From an uncultured Clostridia bacterium (GTDB taxonomy: Bacteria; Bacillota; Clostridia; Christensenellales; UBA1242), in the NCBI GenBank assembly GCA_944384375.1, contig CALWTE010000026.1:1382-65381 (forward strand): a DNA stretch of 64,000 bases, written 5' to 3'. The notes beneath the pieces are model-generated. The model ran no database searches. It worked only from the letters and a program-made list of their open reading frames with translations, and was not told the DNA's origin. The translations under genes and the position numbers were made by a program. Positions within the stretch are counted from its first letter, which is position 1. Each line of letters begins with the position of its first letter. Below, in pieces: positions 37,467 through 44,873 of the stretch.

Positions 37467-40400
37467 ATGAGTTTAGACGCAATTAAAAATAAATCATTTT
37501 GGTTTACTAGAGCAAAAGTAAAGAATTCTAACCGTTGGCCTTTAGGTAGTTCAAGATACATTGAGGACTTGTCTAATACTATTACTAAGACTTATTATGG
37601 TGAGTCTTTTCAAAACGCAAAGGTTAGTTCAGAGGCTCAATTTAGGAGGGTTTTTAAAGATTCTGCTATTTTACAAGGATTAAAAACCAACTTCACTCCA
37701 GAGCAAAGGGAAGCGTACTCTCTATTGAGTAACGGTTTCACAACTAACGCAATTTTGGGTAAATTACGTGATAGCGAAATTAAGCAGGCTGTTATTAAGC
37801 CAAAACTTGCAGTAGCTAGCAATATTTCTACGCCAAACACTGACGAATGGGCGGAAATTGCAAGCGATGAGCCTGTATTTACACCTAGGGAATTTGTAAA
37901 CTTAGCAAATGCGGAACGTATTGCTAATCACCCGGAAATTTTAATAGAAAACCAAACTCCGCCTGTTTATAGTGATAAAATAGGCTATTTACCTCCAAAA
38001 TTAGAGAATAATAGGGACTTCAATGCTTACGCTAATATGCAGAAAATTGAAAATTTTGACAAATTTGTCCAAAATTTAGAGAAAAATGCAGGTATTCGCA
38101 TTAGACCTGACGACGCTTTGGAAGAAGACCAAACAAAGTTAGTACGACGCAGATTTTTTGGCCCATTAAATACAATTAGAAAAGTATTTACAACGTACTC
38201 TGTTAGTACAGGTATGAAAAAAACAGGTTGGCCAGCTCGTTACACCCTTTCTTATCCTTCTAACAACACGCAATCTGAGCAGGTTTATGGTATTTTAAAA
38301 CGATTAAGTCAAATATCTGTAGAAGATTATGCCGAAATTACGGAGAAGACAATTTCATTAATTGAACCAACGAATTTACCTTCATTAGAGGAGTTTGGGC
38401 AAGATAAAGATTTAATTATGAAAGCCGCTAGTTGTTTGGTTGCTAGTGAATTAAGTCATATGATAGGTTTAAACAAAGATGACGCTAGAATTTTTAGTGA
38501 TACATTTAAGCTTGAAGCAACTGGATACATTAGTCACTTATCTAACCAAAACAGTGACAAACTTATGCCTTTGATTGCAGACTATTACGCAATTGCTACT
38601 AGTAATTTTGCCCAAGATTTCAATGTTTCTATAAAGCAATATGCAGAATCAAAAGGAATTGCTAGTGATAAAGCATATAATATATATGACGTTTTATACG
38701 CTAGACAAGCACCACAAGTTACCGTTACAGCTTCAGCGAGCCAAAGCAACGATTTCGGCAGAATTTTGCAAGACTACTTAAACTACAGACAAAGACAACA
38801 AAGTCAACAACAATCTGGTCAAAGTGGTAACAGTCAACCACAACCTAGTCAAAATAATAATGAACAACAAGACACTTCAGTTGAGCAAGAAATTTTTGAG
38901 TGGCAAGCCGAAGTTGCTAGACAGATTATGGCACAACAAGAAAATCAACAACAATCTGGTCAAAATAACAACGGTCAACAAGACAACTCGGTTGAGCAAG
39001 AAATTTCTAAGTGGCAAGCCGAAGTTGCTAGACAGATTATGGCACAAAGCAATAGTCAACAACAAACAAATCAAAATACAGGTTTAATTCCACCTACTAC
39101 TTTAACTAGAGAAGAAGCTCAAGAATATGTAATGCCAGAGAAAGGTTCAAGAATGGTGGAGTCAATAAAGACCCCTGATGGTGATAGGAATGCCCAAATC
39201 AACCCTGAATTACGTTCATATATTAGAGTAGTTAAAGATGGCAAGTTAGTGCCTATTGACGAAAACACCAATGTTTACTTTATTGGTAGTGATGTTTCTA
39301 ACCTTCAAGCAGTTGTAAATGGTGTAGTACAAGACGTTGTTGAAAATAGAAATTATCAATTAATCAATGCAACTACAAATGCAGAAGTTGAGCCTAATGA
39401 CGATTTCGTTTTAACTGATGACATTAGAGTAGTCCCTAGACAAGTAAGCAATAGGAGACGAGATGAATTAGGAGCAGACTTGAGAAATGATATTGTTTTA
39501 ACTGAAGGAGACATAGTAATTGATAGGGCTGCTAGCCTATATTCAATAAACAATGAATATCAAAGTAATGTTAATTACTACTCAAATACTTCTAGTGAAG
39601 TACAGATGCAAATAAATGCCGGTGATAGCAGTAGGGCGGTTGATGTTTACACACCATACATTCCAGTAAATGAACATGGTGTAATTCACCCTGACCCAAC
39701 ACCACCTGAACGTAGTCAACCAGATGATAGTGTTGACCCCAAAGAATTGTTTGGCGAACAAATTGTAGGAAAGCCTAGAGACAATACATATATAGGTATA
39801 ACTGGAGTTCATAACCCAGATGGTACTATAACCCCAACTCCATTAAAGCCTTATAACTTTAATCAAGTAGAACAGTCGCAAGTTAATGCAATCGAGCAAG
39901 AGATTACAGCGCAACAAACACAAATTGCCAACAATATAAAAGACTTTAATGCAATGGCAAACACTACTAGGGTAAGACAAACACAATTTGATGGTTATAA
40001 AAATGCTACAGAAAGGGAAATTACTGCTCAACAAGATAATATTGCTAGAAATGTTCAAGACTTTAATGCAATGGCAAACACTACAGAAACTACAGCACCT
40101 AGACCAAGTGTTCAACCTAGTACCCAACCCGCACAAAACAGAAACAGTGCAAGTGTAGCTCAAAGAAATCCAAACTGGCACCGCGATAGAGCATTAGCTG
40201 AATTGCAACGTGGCAGAAAACCATTACCTTCTAAAGAAGATTTAGAATTGAAGCAAACACCAGCAAATGATACGGGGGCGGGTGCTAATGACGAAGAATT
40301 TAAAAAGCTTCGTGCTGATGCAAGACGTAAAAAACAACAAAAGAGAAGTCTTGCTGAATTACGTCGTAATAGAGAAAAAGAAACTCAAAATTTTGGAGAT

Positions 40401-41588
40401 TATCAAGTTATGACTGAAGAAGAAAAGATTGCAGAGGCGGATAGGAGAGCTGCTGAAATGGGAAAACGTCTATATGAGTCTCAAAGGCAAATAAATGGCG
40501 GCAAAACTCTAGAAGAGTTAGACAAAGAAATTTCAGAAAGAGCAAAAGCAATATACTATGGAACTTATAACCCAAGCCAAGTGCAAGACGACGTTATTCA
40601 AGAAGAAACAAAGAACAACACTGCAAATACCAAAGACGATTTCCACACTAGATATGAAGACTTGTCCCCTGAAATGCAGAGATTAATTTACCCTGAAAGG
40701 TATTATTCAAAAGAAGAATTACAAAAGAGGTTGTATGGCGAGCAACGTATTGATACAAGTGCTCAAGAGATTGCTCCAGTAGAGCAAGAAGAAACCTTTG
40801 ATACTCAAAACGTAGAACAAAACCAAGTAGACAACAGACAGTTTATTGAAATGGCGGGACGTTCTCCTAGTGAGTTTGGCACAGACCCAGTATACGATAA
40901 TAATTCGGTTAAGAAGTGCCAAGATATGGTAGCAAAAGTTGTGCAAGATTACACAATGACTTGTTGCGACCTTTGGGGAGAATCTTCACGAGCAAAAAAT
41001 AGTATTGAAAGCAAAGAGGAAAGCGAAGTTTATCGTACAAGGGCTAGAACAGGTGGTGTAGTTAAGAGCATTATGGATGACGTGATAAACGGTAGACCAA
41101 ATAAACGCTTTAATGGAAAGAATGCGCCAGTTGAATTTGCTGTAGCAAAACAATTGTTAAGTGTTGGACACGATATAGTTAACCAAATTGACCAATACCG
41201 CAAAGACAATCCAAATGTGTTTAAAGATAAAGCCTTCACATCGGCTGCATTTAAAGGCTATTTAATCTCTTTAGCAAAGAGCCAGTTGCCTACTTCTGCT
41301 TATTACGATGTTGACAAACAAAAGAAAATCCTTAGTGATAATCGTTTGGCTGAATATGGTAAGCAAGTTGTAGAAGAAAGTATTAGACAAGAAGTTTATA
41401 GAATTTTAGATACTGGTTCTAATGCTGTACAAGCAAAGAAAGAGCAAGACCTTCAAAATGGCGCAGACAAAAAACAGGTTGCCAAAGTAGAGGCCGAAAA
41501 AGACAAAGTTCTAGATAATGTACAAAAAGACAAATCAAAAGACAATGTTCAACAAACTTTAGACGAGTTTGGCGAGCAAATGCAATAG
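37467..41588 (+). CDS. Large soluble repeat-rich protein (1373 aa), unknown function, T4SS-locus associated
   Basis: GGGGG RBS. No signal peptide or TM helix. Q/N/E/K-rich low-complexity stretches. Two internal tandem duplications (see repeat features). No relaxase His-triad, nuclease, primase or hydrolase motif that I can recognise. TAG stop. Confidence 0.85.
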   Translation: MSLDAIKNKSFWFTRAKVKNSNRWPLGSSRYIEDLSNTITKTYYGESFQNAKVSSEAQFRRVFKDSAILQGLKTNFTPEQREAYSLLSNGFTTNAILGKLRDSEIKQAVIKPKLAVASNISTPNTDEWAEIASDEPVFTPREFVNLANAERIANHPEILIENQTPPVYSDKIGYLPPKLENNRDFNAYANMQKIENFDKFVQNLEKNAGIRIRPDDALEEDQTKLVRRRFFGPLNTIRKVFTTYSVSTGMKKTGWPARYTLSYPSNNTQSEQVYGILKRLSQISVEDYAEITEKTISLIEPTNLPSLEEFGQDKDLIMKAASCLVASELSHMIGLNKDDARIFSDTFKLEATGYISHLSNQNSDKLMPLIADYYAIATSNFAQDFNVSIKQYAESKGIASDKAYNIYDVLYARQAPQVTVTASASQSNDFGRILQDYLNYRQRQQSQQQSGQSGNSQPQPSQNNNEQQDTSVEQEIFEWQAEVARQIMAQQENQQQSGQNNNGQQDNSVEQEISKWQAEVARQIMAQSNSQQQTNQNTGLIPPTTLTREEAQEYVMPEKGSRMVESIKTPDGDRNAQINPELRSYIRVVKDGKLVPIDENTNVYFIGSDVSNLQAVVNGVVQDVVENRNYQLINATTNAEVEPNDDFVLTDDIRVVPRQVSNRRRDELGADLRNDIVLTEGDIVIDRAASLYSINNEYQSNVNYYSNTSSEVQMQINAGDSSRAVDVYTPYIPVNEHGVIHPDPTPPERSQPDDSVDPKELFGEQIVGKPRDNTYIGITGVHNPDGTITPTPLKPYNFNQVEQSQVNAIEQEITAQQTQIANNIKDFNAMANTTRVRQTQFDGYKNATEREITAQQDNIARNVQDFNAMANTTETTAPRPSVQPSTQPAQNRNSASVAQRNPNWHRDRALAELQRGRKPLPSKEDLELKQTPANDTGAGANDEEFKKLRADARRKKQQKRSLAELRRNREKETQNFGDYQVMTEEEKIAEADRRAAEMGKRLYESQRQINGGKTLEELDKEISERAKAIYYGTYNPSQVQDDVIQEETKNNTANTKDDFHTRYEDLSPEMQRLIYPERYYSKEELQKRLYGEQRIDTSAQEIAPVEQEETFDTQNVEQNQVDNRQFIEMAGRSPSEFGTDPVYDNNSVKKCQDMVAKVVQDYTMTCCDLWGESSRAKNSIESKEESEVYRTRARTGGVVKSIMDDVINGRPNKRFNGKNAPVEFAVAKQLLSVGHDIVNQIDQYRKDNPNVFKDKAFTSAAFKGYLISLAKSQLPTSAYYDVDKQKKILSDNRLAEYGKQVVEESIRQEVYRILDTGSNAVQAKKEQDLQNGADKKQVAKVEAEKDKVLDNVQKDKSKDNVQQTLDEFGEQMQ
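38806..39047 (+). repeat. In-frame tandem duplication (about 111-nt period, 2 copies) inside the 1373-aa gene
   Basis: gttgagcaagaaattt(t/c)t(g/a)agtggcaagccgaagttgctagacagattatggcacaa occurs at 38880-38936 and 38991-39047 (2 differences in 57 nt). Each copy is preceded by caacaatctggtcaaa... It encodes (S)VEQEI(F/S)(E/K)WQAEVARQIMAQ. Confidence 0.85.
39894..40085 (+). repeat. Second in-frame duplication (117-nt period, 2 diverged copies) inside the 1373-aa gene
   Basis: E(Q/R)EITAQQ..IA(N/R)N(I/V)(K/Q)DFNAMANTT occurs twice. The nucleotide core agactttaatgcaatggcaaacacta is identical at 39940-39965 and 40057-40082. Confidence 0.8.
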
Positions 41589-41597
41589 GAGTGTATT

Positions 41598-41849
41598 ATG
41601 GAAGAATTAAAACCAGATGACCCAAAAGTTGTAGAAATGAGTTTCAATGTTTTTGAAAAGATTTTGACATCTATTGATTACAAGAGTAAAGATGAGTTGT
41701 TGAAACTTTCAGATTTAATGATTGAAAAGGTTCAAGACCCTAAATATCCTGAAATTTTGCGTATGGCTTATGCTGATGCTCGCAGAAAAATAGAAATTTT
41801 GAATTTAGAACAACTCAATGAAATTAAACAAATAATTGTGTCTGATTAA
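41598..41849 (+). CDS. Small acidic helical protein (83 aa), translationally coupled to the 1373-aa gene
   Basis: AGGAG overlaps the upstream TAG stop (caaTAGGAGtgtattATG). No TM helix. TAA stop, followed by a strong terminator. Confidence 0.65.
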   Translation: MEELKPDDPKVVEMSFNVFEKILTSIDYKSKDELLKLSDLMIEKVQDPKYPEILRMAYADARRKIEILNLEQLNEIKQIIVSD

Positions 41850-41858
41850 TTAAAAAAG

Positions 41859-41890
41859 TGGTTTAAGTATATTGCTTAAACCATTTTTTT
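41859..41890 (+). terminator. Rho-independent terminator closing the T4SS-like locus
   Basis: tggtttaag-tatattg-cttaaacca (9-bp stem) followed by T7. The downstream sequence tttttttgttgttgttataagga echoes the start of the 16214/52266 repeat. Confidence 0.75.
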
Positions 41891-42032
41891 GTTGTTGTTA
41901 TAAGGAATATAGATTAAAATCACAATTAATTAAGTTGTTATTTATATTGTTACAATAAAGAAAAATAAAGTTTAAGTTAAAATCAATTTAAAAATTTCTA
42001 TTTTGATTTTTCAAAATTGCAAAGCATTTTAT

Positions 42033-42061
42033 TTGATTTTATTTATAATTTTGGTTATAAT
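42033..42061 (+). promoter_or_regulatory. Sigma-A-like promoter of the 361-aa Flg_new-repeat gene
   Basis: TTGATT (42033-42038), 17-nt spacer, TATAAT (42056-42061). Confidence 0.5.
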
Positions 42062-42083
42062 AATATAAAAATGAGGTTGCGCA

Positions 42084-43169
42084 ATGAAAAATTTCTCTAA
42101 ACTAAAGTTTTTTGGAGTTATAGGTAGTGTTTTGCTGCTGTGTTGCTTATGTGCAATAATTTTTGCACCTGTTTTAAAGACTAATTTTTTAGCCTTAGAA
42201 AATGCAAACACTAATCTCAATACTGTAACTAACACGCAAAAATTTGCCGACATAACAGAAACTACTGAAGATGACTCAACACAAAGCGGGGACACTGTGG
42301 AGGAAATCACCGTTTTTACTATAAACTACGTTGATTCTAGTGATAATAATACACCAATAGAAACTAATAACCCTACCACTGTTGATACAACAAGCGCCAT
42401 TTTTCCTATAATTTTACAAAACCCCGAAAACAAACTCGGCTATGAGTTTGAGAGTTGGGGATATGATTCTAGTAATATGGTAAATGTAGACGGTGACGGA
42501 AACTTTATTATAACACAAGATAGTTTAACTAGTTGGGCAAATACGGAAGGAGTTTTAACCATTCGTGCTTACTGGACCGCTATTGAATATCCAATAACTT
42601 TAGTTTATAGCGAAAACGTGCAGAATACTAGTGTCACTCCACCAGCAAACCTAAAAAATGCTACCTATACAATAAAAGATACTATTGATTTAACTTTACC
42701 TGAAAACAAACCAAATAAAGGTGGTTATATTTTTGACGGGTGGTTTAGTGATGCTGATTTTACTATTCCTATTACCGAAATCTCTAATATGACAGGTCCA
42801 ATTACACTTTATGGCCATTTTACCCAAATGGACTTAATTATTTCTTTTGCTAATGACGAATTTGAAGATATCCGCTTTAATTATGACGACCCAGCATATA
42901 ATCAAGGCGACATCACGGGGCTTTTAACCGATAAAATACCTACAAAGAAAGGCTACACTTTTGACGGCTGGTACACCGATTCAAGTCTATCCGAAGCATC
43001 ACGCGTGGGCTTAAATTACCGTTTTTATAGTTCGGTTACATTATATGCTAAATGGATAGAAAACCCTAGCAATGTATGGTGGTGGGTACTAGGCGGGCTA
43101 GGGATAGTTACAGTTGCGGGCTTTGGTCTGTGGTACTGGCTAGCACGTCCTAAGACGATGAAGTATTAA
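42084..43169 (+). CDS. Membrane-anchored surface protein with Listeria-Bacteroides (Flg_new) repeats (361 aa)
   Basis: GAGG RBS 7 nt upstream. N-terminal signal/anchor (FFGVIGSVLLLCCLCAIIFAPVL). Repeats GYEFESWGYD, GYIFDGWFSDADFTIPIT..LYGHF and GYTFDGWYTDSSL..LYAKW. C-terminal TM helix VWWWVLGGLGIVTVAGFGLWYWL. TAA stop. Confidence 0.8.
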   Translation: MKNFSKLKFFGVIGSVLLLCCLCAIIFAPVLKTNFLALENANTNLNTVTNTQKFADITETTEDDSTQSGDTVEEITVFTINYVDSSDNNTPIETNNPTTVDTTSAIFPIILQNPENKLGYEFESWGYDSSNMVNVDGDGNFIITQDSLTSWANTEGVLTIRAYWTAIEYPITLVYSENVQNTSVTPPANLKNATYTIKDTIDLTLPENKPNKGGYIFDGWFSDADFTIPITEISNMTGPITLYGHFTQMDLIISFANDEFEDIRFNYDDPAYNQGDITGLLTDKIPTKKGYTFDGWYTDSSLSEASRVGLNYRFYSSVTLYAKWIENPSNVWWWVLGGLGIVTVAGFGLWYWLARPKTMKY

Positions 43170-43404
43170 ACTTAGATTTGGTGGCAAGTCCACCGCGAAT
43201 ATGTTTTTCTGAAAAGTTGAGTTGCGCAATAGCACTCACTTTTTCATATTTACTAGGAGAAATTTCAGGCAAAAATTTATGCAAATAATTATGAATTGTG
43301 CTTTTGCTTACTCCAAAATGCTTTGCGCATGCTCGTACTGTGCTGTTATTTTCAATATAATAATCTGCGACTAAATTTATAATATAGTCGTGCGGTTTAA
43401 TCAT
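43150..43404 (-). CDS. spoIIID: Sporulation transcriptional regulator SpoIIID
   Basis: ATG at 43404 lies 5 nt after AAGGGGG (the ORF-track GTG is two codons upstream). HDYIINLVADYYIENNSTVRACAKHFGVSKSTIHNYLHKFLPEISP...KHIRGGLATKSKF is colinear with B. subtilis SpoIIID (FGVSKSTVH...LPEINP...RGGEATKLKY). The 3' end overlaps the convergent upstream gene by 20 nt. Confidence 0.85.
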   Translation of the reverse strand: MIKPHDYIINLVADYYIENNSTVRACAKHFGVSKSTIHNYLHKFLPEISPSKYEKVSAIAQLNFSEKHIRGGLATKSKFNTSSS

Positions 43405-43619
43405 ACACACCCCCTTAATATAAGTAAGGTATGCGGTATTTTGCGTTAAAGTGATAAAAAAGTCCAGATTACTGATTTTTTATGCTAAATTGTTATATTA
43501 AGGGCGAATTTAGAAAAATTTTAGACTTAGTGTTGTATTTTGCGGGCTTTTTTGCTAAAATCTATTCATAATTATGAAAAACTATTAAAATCTGTAAATA
43601 AAATTAAAGGAATTAGAAA

Positions 43620-44354
43620 ATGAAAAGAACAGAAGGGAAAGTGCGCAAAGCCCTAGACAAATTCAATATGATTCAAACGGGCGATAAAATTGCCGTAGGG
43701 TTGAGCGGGGGAAAGGACAGCCTTGCCCTACTTACGCTACTCGCTAATTTGCGCAGATATTATCCACAAAAATTTGATTTGGTGGCAATCACAATTGATA
43801 TGCATAATGGCGAATCTGATTTTTCTAAAATCACCGAATACTGTAATTCATTAGGGGTAGAGCATATTATCTTGCCGTCTAGATTGTATGAATTGCTTTT
43901 TGAAGTACGCAAAGAGCATAACCCTTGTAGCCTTTGCGCTAGACTGCGTAGGGCAATGCTAGCAGAAGAAGCAAAAAAACTCGGTTGCAACAAAATTGCC
44001 TTAGGCCACCACGCAGACGACTTTATAGAAACGTTTTTCCTGTCTATGTTTTATGAGAGTAGACTAGCCACCTTTGCACCCGTTACACACTTAGACAGAA
44101 CGGGAATGATAGTAATTAGACCTATGCTACTTGTTTGGGAAAGTGAAACAAGAGCCATTGCTAGAAATCTACCCGTATTCCACAACGATTGCCCAGCGGA
44201 CAAAAATACACAACGCGAATTTATAAAGCAAATGCTAAAAGATTTAGAGCCCAAAATTCACCAAGTGCACGAGCACATTTTGAGCGCCTTAACACACCCC
44301 GAGCGCAACCACCTAATAAAAACTGACTTAATTGAAATATCTAAGAAAGATTAA
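43620..44354 (+). CDS. ttcA: PP-loop ATPase of the TtcA (tRNA 2-thiocytidine synthase) family
   Basis: SGGKDS PP-loop (VGLSGGKDSLALL), CSLCARLRR cysteine motif, GHHADD block, second Cys pair region HNDCPAD. 244 aa. TAA stop. Confidence 0.75.
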   Translation: MKRTEGKVRKALDKFNMIQTGDKIAVGLSGGKDSLALLTLLANLRRYYPQKFDLVAITIDMHNGESDFSKITEYCNSLGVEHIILPSRLYELLFEVRKEHNPCSLCARLRRAMLAEEAKKLGCNKIALGHHADDFIETFFLSMFYESRLATFAPVTHLDRTGMIVIRPMLLVWESETRAIARNLPVFHNDCPADKNTQREFIKQMLKDLEPKIHQVHEHILSALTHPERNHLIKTDLIEISKKD

Positions 44355-44567
44355 ATTAAAATCAAACTTTATGCTTATCTATATAATATATATAAGAAAG
44401 AAATGTAAAAAGAAAAAAAAACCACTTTTTGCAAAAAAACTTTTAAATTTACCTATTTATCACCAAAATTCACCTAAAAAATGTGTCTAAAAATAAAAAA
44501 AGTTGTCTCTAGACAACGAAATAAGACCTGAATGCGATATTTCTCAAAAATTTTTACTTTTTTTATG

Positions 44568-44596
44568 TTGACAACAATCAGGAAATATGTTATACT
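44568..44596 (+). promoter_or_regulatory. Near-consensus sigma-A promoter upstream of rpoB
   Basis: TTGACA (44568-44573), 17-nt spacer, TATACT (44591-44596). It implies a leader of about 270 nt before the rpoB ATG at 44874. Confidence 0.6.
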
Positions 44597-44701
44597 TCTT
44601 AAACTATTATATCCGTATAAAAGTGTAGTTAGGTGGAATTATTTTGATTTTGTTTTTGTGTCAATCTAAAATTTAATATTTAGGTGTTTTTTTACACGAA
44701 A

Positions 44702-44755
44702 TGAAGTGCTTGATTTTTTAGGCATAATTTTTTTGTTGTCTAATTAAGCACTTCA
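44702..44755 (+). promoter_or_regulatory. Long-stem hairpin in the rpoB leader
   Basis: tgaagtgcttgatt (44702-44715) pairs with aattaagcacttca (44742-44755): 14 bp with one mismatch and a 26-nt loop that contains a T-run. Confidence 0.4.
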
Positions 44756-44873
44756 ATCAATTTATGCACTCTTTGATACTTTTATTATGCTTATAATATA
44801 AAATATAGCAAAAAAATTAAAACTTGGCAACTTATTTTTAACAAAATTTTGTATTACAAGGAGATAATTTCTA

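Noticed and set aside
37467-41588. The 1373-aa protein as the missing relaxase
   Set aside because: I find no N-terminal catalytic Tyr context or HxH/His-triad motif. There are very few His residues in the first 300 aa (I noticed one, in ANHPEIL). Profile searches are still needed.
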